Assembly (NCBI GenBank): GCA_030704615.1
Contig: CM060731.1
Coordinates: forward strand, 45,818,001 to 45,882,000
Source: Takakia lepidozioides
Lineage: Eukaryota; Plantae; Bryophyta
Direction of reading: 5' to 3'
DNA length: 64,000 bases
Shown: piece by piece, positions 46,125 through 58,989 of the stretch
Layout of the letters: each line of letters begins with the position of its first letter
Position numbering within the stretch: position 1 is the stretch's first letter
Made by a program: the position numbers and the translations under genes
The notes under the pieces: generated by a model
Databases searched by the model: none
What the model was told of the DNA's origin: nothing
Seen by the model: only the letters and a program-made list of their open reading frames with translations

Positions 46125-46238
46125 TCACCAGTAATCCCCACAAGTACATACCCCATCTTGGAAGTGCTGAAAGCGGTTTGAATCTCGTACAACAACAGCT
46201 CACCCAACAATCTTTGAGATGAACTTGGTGGCAGTGTG
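46125..46238 (-). pseudogene. Isolated DYW-domain C-terminal fragment
   Basis: [36 protein letters not shown]. Confidence 0.85.
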
Positions 46239-47743
46239 GGTCAATTTAGAAGTTACTGCTGTCTCAGCTCAAACTCTCCTGCTGTCTCAGCTGTCTCCTG
46301 CTCTCCTGCTCTCAGCTTAGAAGTTACTTCACTGCTCATCTATGCAAACATATTCACTTCTTGGGTATCTACAAATACACATGTCATTGGTTCTCCACAC
46401 CACATTCTTTTCGAGACATTCATTTCTGAATCAGCTTGAGGTAGATTCCTCGCCTTGAGCCCGTACATTGTTGGAGAAAAGAAATGTTGTTGAATTAGTT
46501 TATTTGATGCCGAAGCAGGTTCAATGCATTTCAAGACTAGTTTGGTGGTCGTTGATAACTACTACTTTGGATGGAGTGTTTAGAGATCACTGTACTGCTC
46601 TGATGCAATCCTATCATATCAGTAGGTGAGTGTCTGCTGAGGCATGGCCTAATGGTGTGTTGGGATGGGGCCTTGACAGCATCGAATGATATTGACGTGC
46701 TCATGGGCTCTGTGGTTAAGTACTCTTTGCTCTGAAATCTTTTTGCACCTTTCACCCACCAGCTTGCGCACTTGTTTGTTAATTTGAAGAAGAGTGATTC
46801 AGGGGTGCCTTGGACTCATCCGGTAATTACGATCAGAGGGCGCCTCGAAGAATTCAGCTTTCTACCAGTGTGTTGAAACTACTCACCCTGGAAGGCCACC
46901 CACAAGGCACAGGGCTCTCTCGGTTGTAGACTCCAACCAAAAATGGCCATGGGGCCCCGCCACTCATGAATCTCAAACATGCCCAGATGTCTGGTTGAGT
47001 CCCAGTCACCCGGCACTTGTTCCCTCTTCTCTTTCAACCTCCTTGCCTTTGTCAATATGCTCATGGGTTCTCTATGCTGAAAACCGATCGTGCCTCCGAG
47101 ACCCACAGACAGAGACCGAACAGAATCCCATACTAGATCATTGATACAAAAGAGCCAGAGGATTCCATATGATTGGAAGCTGACAAGCTAATTTTCTCCA
47201 TGCAACATAGGTTTTGAATGTTTCAAATAAACTGCACTGAATTACTGAGGATTGTTTTTTATTTTTCTGAAGATTTATTCTGTCAATAAGCATTGCTATG
47301 TATGCATGAACAGTAAATGATTGCAGTGGTCTAAAACGTTGAACACAAAGGTGCTTATATATGTATGCAGATGTTTACTTCACAAGAATTACGCTGTCCG
47401 ACCTGTTACTAGTAGTTTTCCTCAAGGTGAGAACATATAAGATATTTTTTCTTGCTTGAGCTTGAGATGAGGTTACAACTGTAATTGCATATGGTGCTGG
47501 CCCTGCAATTGTTGTCTGCATGTGTGGGAAGATCCGAGTACTGTGAAGGTAACTTTTCAGCCTTCTGCACTGCAATGAGGACATGTTATTACCAAAACCT
47601 TTTAAGGTATTCTCATTACCTGCTAATCTGCTTCCATGTTACACAGTATTTATACATCTTTAAAGTACACAAATTGAACCCTGCCACATTGCCAAGAGCT
47701 TTTAGTTTGGAAGAGACCATTACTATTTATGTATACACACACA

Positions 47744-50700
47744 TCACGGCTCGAATTGCATATTGAGAACTTCTTGTCTGATTTCTTCAAAGAGTGGTCC
47801 AGACAGATACCGCTCACCAAAGCTTGGTACCATTGTCTGCACAGGCAAGGCAAAAGCACACATTCAAGGCTTTAGGGTAGATACCACCACCACAGATATG
47901 CTGGTTCAAATATTCTACAGACTCCAGCCAGTCTAACTAGCTTGCCGGGCCATCACATTTGATGGAGTGTCAGATTTGTGAACAGGGCATTCTTCTTGGG
48001 CACAATAGTCCTCATGGAAACTTCAAACCAAGTTGCAAACAAATCTTGGTGTCCATTGCAATCCAGTTAATAATTTGAGCTCCATCACCAATGTATAAAA
48101 TCTTGGGCCTGGACTATCCTATCCTAGAATGTCACACCAAATGTCACATCATTAAGCATTGTTGAGCCACTATAGGTACATGTCCTAGAAGCAACAGTTA
48201 TTGAAGATGGATACTTGCCACAATAAGCTTTCCTTCATTCTCGGGCATTTGTGCCAATTTGATGGCAGCCAATGTGTTAGCCCCAGATGAGATGCCCACC
48301 TGTCATCCTCAAACCAGTATCATTCCATACTCACAGACCCCATTCATTGTCTGTTTGGTACAATCACTGTACAAAGAAATTGACAGACACAACCAGTTGT
48401 TATGGACTCAATTGCCTCTGAAGTGCAATATTGCATTGCTGTAGTTGTCTTCATTTTTTTCAGGTAAAGTCCTCACTGAGCAACGCCTAAATGATCCGGC
48501 TAATATGAGACAGCCTAGTACTAGTCTGAGGATACACACTTCAATCTAGAGTGAAACTGGGTCACTGGCTCAACCATGAGTGACATGATGTCAGTCTGTG
48601 TGTAGCAGTGGAGCCAAAGTAGGAATCGTACCAGCAAGCCTTCTTGCCATGCGAGCTTGCGAGCCATCTCCACTGCTTCTTGACTCTTTATCTGTTCAAT
48701 AGGTAGAATGAAAGCTGTTACTGCATGATGGCTTGAGCTCTGAACCACGCTCACAACCTTCACAGAATCTATTGCTACCCTTTATGGGTGAGTGAACCCA
48801 ACTAATGAGCGACAGCAGTTTCAGAAAACATTTCTAAGCTTCAAATTTACCATAACAGAGGATTCAAATATGTGTGAACAACTATAATGGGTCTGACCAA
48901 GGATAAAGTTCCTGCCCGTGCAGGGGTAGAAGGAAAGGAGGCAAGCTCTAACTTGCTCCTCCTTTCATGACGAAAGCAAAGACAATATACATGCAATCCT
49001 CGAAAGTCTGTAGAAGTCTGTAGCTTATAAGAAAAAGATAAAGGGAGTGTAGGTAGAGAGGTATGTAGGACAGAGGCCCTTGCCCTGGGTGGATCACCTG
49101 GAGCACACCATCCATCATTGGCACATCCAGGATGCCCGGCACAAAGCCAGTCCCTGTGCCAGTAATCAAGTGTGGTCCTGATCACAATAACACATTATTT
49201 CATGTGGTGTCAGGGATTTGTATGATCATGCAGCACTGGAACACCATTCCCAAATATCTGTAAGCTCTTCCATAATTTTAACATTTCCCTTGGGGCTTTA
49301 AAACATGATCCCCACATCATACTCGAGTTCCAACGTCAAGTTTTTCTAGAGTCCAACAAAAAGGCCCTGGAAATCAGGAGTGTGTCCGGTTTGCGTATGA
49401 TCCCAAGTGCAGAGTCCTTTTGGCATCATGATTAACCAACAGAAAATTACACCCCATCTGCCCAACGGCTTTCAGTTCCATATACTACCTGCATAAATTT
49501 CGACAAACTCAGCTGTAACCTAAGGCAGGAAGTGGCCTGTACAACTCACCGGCCTTAAATACAACCTCAGTCTCCAACCTCAGCTGGCCAGACAGTAATG
49601 TGGTCGTATCTAATCAAGGTGCCTGACATGCAGAAGTACCGCATGAACTGATTAAATGCAGCCATCACTGATTTATACAGGGGTTTTCAAGGCAGGATTA
49701 TACCTGCTTTGCCTCCATTCAGTATATTGCTTTCGACTGGCTCCACACCATATATCTGTGAGTTACACCCATTTTATCCAGACATCCATTTGGCCCCAAT
49801 AAATGCTTACGGTTCCATTCAACTGTTGGAACTGAGCTAAAGCATTTCAGTTTAGTTTACTGGGAATTCTTTCATGATCACAACGGAAAACGAGCACAAT
49901 TTAAGGAGTTAGTGATATACTCCTTATGCATTCCAGTACTCCTAGGTTGCATATGCAAGTCTTCGAAAATGGAAGTGAATGATGGGTACAGAATAAAGAA
50001 AACCTTAATATTGGGGTTTTTGCTCTTCAGAAAATTGCCAACACCTGTCACAGTCCCACCGCTGCCAATCCCTGCGCAAAATATGTCAACCTGGCCTACT
50101 GTGTCTTCCCATATCTCCGGTCCAGTTGTCTGAAAATGCACCTGGAACCAGCATAGCCATTTCGCTTCAACTCCAGCCCTCCGTTATGACCATGCAAGTT
50201 GGATTGACAGACAACCCATCTCTTGTGGCTTCCTGTGCTTAGATGTTAAGAGGGATAGATGACACGAAAGGTAGGACCTTGGGGTTAGCAAGGTTGTTAA
50301 ACTGCTGAAGCATGTGTGAATTTGGAGTCCTCGCCAGAACTTCCTGTGCCTTCATGACGGCTCCCACCATTCCCTTAGCAGGGTCTGTGAGGACAAGTTC
50401 TGCACCCAATGCGCGCATCACCATCCGCCGCTCAAGACTGGTGAAGGAAGGCATAGTGATGATCATCTTGTAGCCTTTGGCGGCAGCAACGAACGCGAGC
50501 CCTATGCCCATGTTACCCGAGGTTGGTTCCACCAAAGTTGTCTGCATTTCACCAAAATTCGCGACGCGCATCACGTTAGAAATTTGGATTTTAATTAGTT
50601 GACGACTACCTTCATGGTCCTCATCATGATGCACAGCACGTACCTTTCCTGGAGAAATTAGCCCCCTTGCTTCGGCATCTTCAATCATGGCATATCCAAT

Positions 50701-51551
50701 CCTGCATATTCGGCAATTCTCGACTCAGTTACAAGATCCACGGAGGATGACAATTCCTAGTTGCAGATCACAACAGAAACCTGCACGTCGAATTTCTCCG
50801 TCTAGACAATCATCACAGTTGTATGAAGTCTGTCATTGCTACTCAGAAGAGATCCGGTGGGATCGCTCATGCGATCCACCGCACAGAATCCTAACATCAG
50901 TCGCATCCACAACACAGAGTTCCACATAGGAGAGAAAGTACCTGTCCTTGACGCTATTGCAGGGCTGCATGCTTTCAACTTTCACAGCGATGGTAGCTTT
51001 GCAGCCTTCTACCACCCTGTTGAGATAGACCATGGGAGTCCTCCCAACCAGCTGCATTCAAACCATAATTATGAACTCCACATTCCGCATCCACAAGAAA
51101 GAACTACGACTTGTTTTCTTCCCGATCAAATTTTACTTCAACATACAATTAGGAGACGGTCGACCGGGCGCAACACAACTGCATTCCATATATACAGAAC
51201 CATACGTCTTCACTCTTCCCGAAGACATACAGCGCGGAATGGAGCGTGCAAAGTGCCCAATTCTACCTGAGACACATCGCCAGCGATACGTCGGAGCTTC
51301 CCTTCAGCTTCAGAGTCCGGCTTTGTCTCAGTGAAGAGCGCCAGCTGGGCTCTAATCCCCATACGCCCACCGGTGGCCCTCCAGCTCCCCCGCTCCTGTG
51401 GGCGCGCCCTGAGCTTCACAACACCAATCAACGCTCGGTGGAATGGAGCGGGTGCAGCTCGATGGCCGTGTTCGCAAGATCGCTCGACTGCCCCTGCAAC
51501 CTCTACTCCCTTGCAGTGAAAGGTGACAGCATGCTTTGCAGCGACAGCCAT
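47744..51551 (-). CDS. CYSC1: Cysteine synthase/OAS-TL family protein with beta-cyanoalanine synthase signatures and N-terminal transit peptide, 10 exons
   Basis: Approximate exons: 51551-51267, 51051-50942 (SVKDR, PLP lysine), 50701-50645, 50541-50278 ([15 protein letters not shown]), 50141-50004 (GIGSGGT), 49756-49704, 49177-49098 (GPHLITGTG), 48692-48633, 48299-48219, 47836-47744 (PSFGERYLS..*). Confidence 0.88.
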
Positions 51552-52394
51552 GGTGGGCACAGGTTACTGAATTCTCTGTTTCTTCAGCTCAATCCCTGCA
51601 CACACAATCAATGCTCTCTAGCAGTACAGGCACATTTGATCTGTCAATGTCTATTTCTATGGGGGACCAAGGACTGTTGACACTGATGGGGAGGAGGCGG
51701 GGGAGAAGTGCATGGCACATGAGCACACATGGGCCTCACTGCCGCGGGCCGCCCGCGCCTAAGTTAGCAGGTAGGCGAGCCGCTTGGTATACTATTGTAA
51801 CTATCCCATGGTAACTATTGTACATGTTTTCCTTGAAACCCTGATAAATATAATTAATTTTCGCTGCGCTTCCGTTTGTTTACTGGGGTTACAGTTTAAG
51901 GTTATTTGGCTAAAAATGGTTTATATTATATTAAAATATTATACTAAAAGATGAGAGGAGTCAGAGCTTGGTTCAATTTGAGTGCCTATTGTTGAGATTG
52001 CACGTTAGCTGTAGTGGCGGTAGAACTTAGAAGAAGCTATTCTTACAAAGGATATGGTCAACAAAAAATACATAGGGCTTCATCTTATGGTGCGTAGACT
52101 TGCTCCATGTGTCTCCCGTGGCTTGTCTCTAATATGCTACTTTCTGCATCGCGTACGGTGAGCTTGTGAAGCAGCTCGACATTTTGGTAACATTCCACCG
52201 ACGATAATAATGGCACCATCCTAGTAGTACCTACCTATTCTGTATTTACAGATGCACAAGTTTATCTGCTGACTTATGATGATAAGCACTATCTATAAGG
52301 TAAGGATAAAGATTGATATCACAGCAAGGAATGAGCTCTATAGAGCAGACTATGATGGAGCTATTTTTAACACTCCGTTACACCTGCGTCCCCC

Positions 52395-52395
<1 letters not shown>

Positions 52396-52428
<33 letters not shown>
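52396..52428. repeat. (CT)n microsatellite
   Basis: Read directly from the sequence. Confidence 0.9.
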
Positions 52429-52429
<1 letters not shown>

Positions 52430-52489
52430 ATCTTTAACACTCCCACTCAATGAATTCTTTGCCAGACCGATATCCTTGTTCAAATCTAT

Positions 52490-52610
52490 AGGGATAAAGT
52501 GAAACTGAATATCGATGTGTTTACTTCTGTAATGATGTAAAGGATTCTTACATAAAGCCATTGCACTTTGATTATCAGCATGGAGGAGTATACTAGGGGG
52601 TGTTGATAGT
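52490..52610 (-). pseudogene. Ty1/copia RNase H remnant
   Basis: ADNQSAMALCKNPLHHYRSKHIDIQFHFI. Confidence 0.8.
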
Positions 52611-52984
52611 TGGTGAGCAGGTGAGCAGATCGAAATTTCGGTGAGCATAAAATCAAAAGTGAATATTATGTGAGCACAATTTAAGATTTTCAGATACAAT
52701 AAATTTATATGCTCACATTAATTTATACATATGAACATTTATTTTTGTATTTTGTTTGGGTTGGAGTTTTGGATCGGGATTAGGTTCGGCATCATGTAGT
52801 TCTCCAACAAACAACATATTATACTATCTATGTGTGGTTCACCGAAGAACCAAGTCCGAGCCTATTTCCGAACCTATACCTAAAGCCATATTATTGGTGC
52901 CGAACCTCTAAATCTCGTCAAACCTACAGATTTGATTAGATTCTCACGTCCAAACCTAAGAAAATTTGGCCGCTCACCCACTCA

Positions 52985-53531
52985 TAAAGCAATTATGGAT
53001 GCTGAATGTGAGTCATTGTTGAAGAACAAGACATGGCTCATCACAAATTTGCCACTTGGTAGAAAAACCATTGGTTGCAAATGGGTCTTCAAGACTAAAT
53101 ACATTAAAGTGGATGGAAGCATTGAAAAATTCAAGGCCAGATTAGTGGCTAAAGGTTGTTCCCAGAAAGCTGGCATCGACTTTAACGAGAATTTTGCTCC
53201 TATCTCTAAATACTCGTCGATCAGGTGTCTATTGGCCATAGCCGCCATAAAAGACAATGAAATTCACCAAATGGATATCAAAACGAATTTCCTCCATGGA
53301 GACTTGGATAAAGAAATCTATATTGAACAGCCTGAAGGTTTTGTACAACAAAATGGCAAGGTATGTTTACTACATAAATCTCTATATGGTCTGAAGCAGG
53401 CATCCCAAGCTCGGTACCACAAAATTGATTAGTTTCTTCTTAAAAAAAGTTTTATGAAGAGTTCTGTAGATCACAGTGTCTACATCAATCGGTCACATAG
53501 CTTCATGCATATTTGTATCTATGTAGATGAT
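52985..53531 (+). pseudogene. Ty1/copia reverse transcriptase fragment
   Basis: IGCKWVFK..KARLVAKG..QMDIKTNFLHG..LHKSLYGLKQA..YVDD; truncated right after YVDD. Confidence 0.9.
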
Positions 53532-56020
53532 CCGAAAACGTTCACACAAGACATCCCGTCCCTGCAAAAAAGGAAGACTAGGTAATCGTTGGTGTCCGCC
53601 TTCAGCTCATGAGTGTAAGTCATGCACTTCTTCTCCTGCGAGGTCGGGTCTACATCTGGTCCTTGGATAATGGGATTAATTGGGTCCGGCGTTAACAGAA
53701 CAGTCTGAATGTGATCGTCCGGATTCACCATCTCCTCAGCTGTTGCCGGAAATACGTAGTCGAGGCAGAGGACCATCCGGGAGAATATAGTCATGCAGCT
53801 CTTGTAAGGTGATTCAAACTCGCCGGGAATGTAATAACCCTGTCGGATAATAAACGACATTGATCCAGGACCATTCCGGATGTATGACACAAGATTTCCC
53901 GATGATTCTTGTGTCGAGAAAAACACAAAAGCACTGGACATGAGGTTCCGAGCCACAAAAGCATCCAGGATATTGGAGTAGTCCTTTGCCTCGAAGACAA
54001 CAGAGTCATCATCACAAACTGTATTGATGAACACCATTGATATGTTGTTAAACCATTTCTTCGGCGCAAGTCCCAACCGAGATCTGGCATCAACAAATTT
54101 TTTGTTTCCCCCCAGCCCTGAAGCTCATACGTAGAATCGCAAGGGCATTCTGGCTATCCTCAAAGGTCTGCTTGCACGACAAGACATACTTTTTGAAGGC
54201 AACAGTCATTGGCTGCGTCTCCATGTTCATCTTCTGTTTGCTTACAATGTAGTCGTTCCCGAGCCGATCTCGAAAAGTTTCAAACTCAGCTTTGTTGAAG
54301 TTGTATTTTTTTTTTTCACATCACACCACTCCAATTTGGTGTACAGTTCCGGGTTTTGTTTGCTTCTCCGAGGCTACCCTAAGACTTCCATTACATCGTC
54401 CATAATAAACCGACGCAATTTCATTTGGTCAATATACGCGCTCATTGTATTCTTGGATTTGTCCGCTCCCTTGAATTTCGTTCCCTGAATGCAAATGTCC
54501 CTGTTGAGGATTTTCTCCGCCACTCTCTTCAATTGCTTGCTATTAAGTTCTTGCAGTTTCGCGATAGCGGTTTTGTTCACCCTTGCATTGAATTCCGAAA
54601 ATATCAATAAGCTTTCCTTGTTCCCACTGTTTGAACACTTCCTCCCAGAGGTTCCATACGTCTTCGTCACAGAGAACCAAAACCATGGCCTCCTTGACGC
54701 TACTCATCTCCAGGATGACATGCTTGCATAAATTCCTGCGAAAATGATCAGGGCAAAAATTAGACCTTTCATTTGATATTTGAGATGAAACAAAAGTTAC
54801 AACTATCATATCAATTATACAATACTCCAAAGAATGATTCGATTGTGAAACCAAACGTTATGGGAAATCTACCATCTTCCATCATGAAAATGACCAGCAT
54901 CGGAAATTCCACCTCCATCTCCAGCTCTACGTCGACCACATCTGCATATTTGAGCTCGGCGACCTCTGCACCAATCTTGTAGTGGAACCGGAACTTATGG
55001 TCCGGAGGTGTTCCAACGGGGACAATGCCCCATTCTGTGATTTCCGGGTTGAGCTCAAAAATTGTCCGGTGATTATTCTTGAAATTCGGAGACTTTCGAG
55101 AAACAAATGAACCACAGATAGGTTTGCACATTCCAACAAGACAATCCCTGGGGGTGATGTTGTTGTCGACAGAACAAACCACCTCGGGCGTCAGACACAT
55201 ATCATAACAACCATACAAAACTCCTAAGACATTAACCTCCACTGTCCAGTGGAGGTTCACCACTGCACACTCTCATAGCTGACAGATAAAATAATTCCAT
55301 TCAGGAGGAAAAAAATAGTTCACTCATAAGAAGAAAAAAACATTTATTCATAGAAGGCTCGTCTGGCCATTCCATACATCATCCGGTCTCAAAATTGTTC
55401 AAATACCAATTATCTAATACCTACACGAACTCGATATATTCTTGTAAGTTGAGGTTCATTCCTACATTTTCTTATATCTACAATAACTACAAGAGGCTCT
55501 CTCGAATCATCCTGAGGGTTTCCGGGGAGTACTCTCTAGGGGTATATGTCGGAGAATCTCCAGAGATGTATTGTGGAGAATCTACAGGGACGTATTCGAG
55601 AGAATCAGCGGGGACATATTCTGGAGAAATTACAAGGACAAATACTGGATACTGCGGAGAGTCGGGACTGTATCCGGGAGAGGACGGAAGGACGGATTCA
55701 GGGGACTATTCAGTATATCCTACAGAAATATGATCATCTAATTCAGACTGAAGATTGCAGTCAACACTTTCATCTTTCTCTTCCTCGGTTTTCTCCGTTG
55801 TCTCCCGTCGAATAACTCCCTCGAACATTGATTCGTCAGTGCCCGTATTTATCAAGGTTTGCACGTCAGAGCCCACATCTGAAATTTGATTTTCAGATCT
55901 CTTCTTGAAGGTTTTTGTTTTCGACACAACCAGTAATGCGTCTTGGTTTTCTGCTTCGTTGATGTTTACTGGATTCTGACCATTCACGCCCAAATGAGGG
56001 AGAGGCCGCATAAAAGGAAA
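53532..56020 (-). other. Cluster of partly decayed intronless ORFs of unknown function
   Basis: Co-directional ORFs 53519-54076, 54374-54854, 54811-55263 and 55346-56011 (the last with internal TAG/TAA stops). No recognisable host gene. Confidence 0.5.
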
Positions 56021-56095
56021 GGCATAAGGGTGTTGTATTATGTATGCTAATGGAATGATTACATGTGGGGGACATGGGGTATTTCATCCTAGAAA

Positions 56096-57911
56096 ATGCA
56101 TTATTTTCCGATCATCCCGCGATTGAGGGCACAGTACCGAAGCCCCGAATTGGCCAGACTCATGAGATGGCACGCCTCGCATCGGAGCCCCCCGGGAAAG
56201 GTGTGCGGGCCACAAGATTCACAAGCATGGAGGCATATTGAAGAGATGTGGCCTTTCTCTTGGAGGACCCACGACATGTCCACCTCGGCTTCTCCTCGGA
56301 TGGGGTCAACCCATTCTCTGTCCAGTCATGTAGTCATTCCACTTGGCCGGTGACCATGGTGAATTACAACATCCCTCCGTATCTTTCAATTAAAAAAGGC
56401 CATATCATGTTGGCTACCATTGTGCCAGGTGAGTGTACTCATTTCATGTTTATTATTGCCTTGGCTTTACATTAAACTTTTGATCTCTGACGCAATTCGG
56501 ATGCAAGATTGAGAGTGACATAATCATGGAGTACGACGTGTAATTCATTTTGTAGTATAATTTGCATATTGGTGGAGCATTGAAACAATGATGTGAATGT
56601 CTCATATGGAAAAAAACAAGTGGCAAACATGGACACGTACTTGCAACCTCTTGTTGATGAACTTAAGGAGCTATGGAGGGGGGTCCCGGCATTGGATGCT
56701 TCACTTGATCCTATGGCCGTACAATCTTTTTAGATGAGAGGCATCTTGCATTGGACAATGCATGATTATCCAGGTATATTATGTTCCCCATGAACAACCC
56801 GCGTACATTCACTTGTCAATGCCGGATAATATCGATGAGGATTGGGATTGACCGAAGTAGCGGCAACAGTCTTGTGCACCGTAGTGGGGTCGGGGCTAAG
56901 CACCAAAGGATATCATGCATGCTTGCATTGTGGCGATGATCTTGATGCACATAGCTCCCGCCATCTTCACAAGATGGTGTATCCCAACTACCGCAAATTT
57001 CTTCCTATGAGCCATCGATGGAGAAGAAGAGAAAAACACTTGTTTGATGGCAAAGAGAAAGTACGTCCCCCCTCTATGACACCATCCGGGCAGTTTTGGG
57101 AGGACCGATGAAAGGAGGCCCATGCGGGCACGTACGGTGAAGTGGACGTGTCCGGCATGAAACGACTTTCAATCTTCAACGAGATGCCATATTGGGCGGT
57201 ACATATTCCACAAAAACACCGTCAATATCCCTATGCATGCATGTGATATTGCACATTTGGTATGCGTTGCATTGTCACTTTCACGTAAAATTTTTGTGTA
57301 AGTATTTGTGGGTGGGGATATATTTAGGACATGAAGATTCGTCATCTTCTAGATCCCATGCATATTGAGAAGAATGTCTGCTCGTCCTTTTTTTGGGTTC
57401 TTCATGGCACGCCGACAAAGAAGGGAGTGGCTGCAAAAGGAGATTCTCTCAGTGTAAGAAAGGAGCTTGAGGAGCAGGGTTGCATGTGCCATCTATGGGC
57501 CGAACAAAATGGTGTGGACCCAAAGGGTGTTGTACAGTGGAAGTATAGGCGCGCACCTTGGCAATGGACAAAGAATGAATACAAGAAAGTGATAGCCACC
57601 ATAAGTGTTGTTCGAACACCACTGGTTATGGGTCATCCCTCCGTACGAAGTTCAGCGAAGAAGACGGGGTCCATGGTTTGAAGTATCATGATTACCACAA
57701 TCTATTGCAAGACATCTTGCCCATTGCAGTACGTGGGACATTGACTCCCGAGGTTCGTGAGACAATCTATAGATTGGGAGGTTTGTTCCGATGGATTTGC
57801 TCCAAAGCGTTGGAGGAAGCAGATTTTCCACGCATGAAGAATGAGGCGGCGGAGGTATTGTGTATGTTGGAGATGCACCTTTCTCCCTCATTCTTTGACA
57901 TGAAGCTCTAG
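56096..57911 (+). pseudogene. Second CACTA Tnp2 transposase, intron-containing, frameshifted
   Basis: HYFPIIPRL, DSQAW, DGVNPF..WPVTMVNYNIPP, YLQPLVDELK, HDYPG, GYHACLHC, HLLDPMHIEKNV, KYHDYHNLLQ, FFD. Confidence 0.88.
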
Positions 57912-58424
57912 AAGATACGGATGTTGGAGAAGGAGACGAAGACACGGCCATTGACAACGAGGTGGAGGATGATTTGGAGGTGCCTTTTGAGGGCCGGGCC
58001 ATTTATGACGATGACTCCGATGACTAAGAAGACTTGCAGCTTAATGAGGATGAAGAAGCTTCGGATGATGATGTTCAAGTTGATTAGACACGAAATCAAA
58101 GCTACATAACAATTCTCGCACCGAACTGTACCCATCCCTTCGATTGATTGTACATGTACATGCATATTGTAGCTTATTTCTATGATTGGTCAAATATGGC
58201 TGTGGCTGGTAGTCTTTCAAGAAAGAAGGCAGAGGCATTGAATATGTTGGAGCAACACATACAGATGTGGTATCAAGAGAATTATCAAAATGAATGTTAC
58301 AATCTACAAGAAGGTCCACAACAACAAGCTAAACCATAAAGAAAAACAAACACCCTACCCCAGTACCATATTAAATAAAAATAAAATAAAAACCTAAGAA
58401 CCCCCAAAGGCCCTAAATCTAAAC

Positions 58425-58989
58425 CTAGAAAGCCCTGCCGTCACTGCCTGCGACCCCCACGTGTCGCAAACTGCGACGCGTTTTTTTTGGATTTATGGCC
58501 GGGGATCGCACATAGCGACGGCAAGCCGTCGCAAACTGTGACCTGTTTTTTTTTTGTTTTGAAAGAATAGGGCAGCTCCTGTTTGCGACGTCCGGCCGTC
58601 GCCAAGGCCTTTTGCCATTCATGCCACCATGCGACGGCCTGGCATCGCAAATAAGGGCTGCGATGAAAGAAATGTCAAGAAAGGGCTGTTTTTTTCCGCT
58701 GGCGATGGCCGGCCGTCGCCAGAAAGAGCTGCCTTCTGCCCTTTGCTGGGGGGCGACGCATGGGCGTCACACAGAAGGGCTGCCTTCTGTCCTTCATCCG
58801 CCCGTGCGACGGCCGGACGCCGCTGCCTGGCCCCGGCGCCAGGTGGCGACCCGCGGGGTTTATTTTCGACGGCCTGGCATCGCAAAAAGGCGTCGCGGGG
58901 TTGGCGTCGCACGCTCGGTGCCGCGCGGGGCATGGGGGCGCGGCTGGCGTCGCAACCCCCCCCCCCCCCCCCCCCCATTTGCTGTAGTG
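58425..58989 (+). mobile_element. CACTA right end: GCGACGGC/GCCGTCGC subterminal repeats and TIR
   Basis: Ends ATTTGCTGTAGTG at 58989 (reverse complement CACTACAGCAAAT); many inverted GCGACG/CGTCGC repeats. Confidence 0.85.

Noticed and set aside
55395-55733. Plus-strand 'GES..Y' repeat protein
   Set aside because: Best explained as the antisense of the minus-strand YSP-repeat frame.
9907-58989. One giant CACTA element from 9907 to 58989
   Set aside because: The TIRs differ beyond CACTA and the flanking trinucleotides (CGT vs GTG) do not form a TSD.
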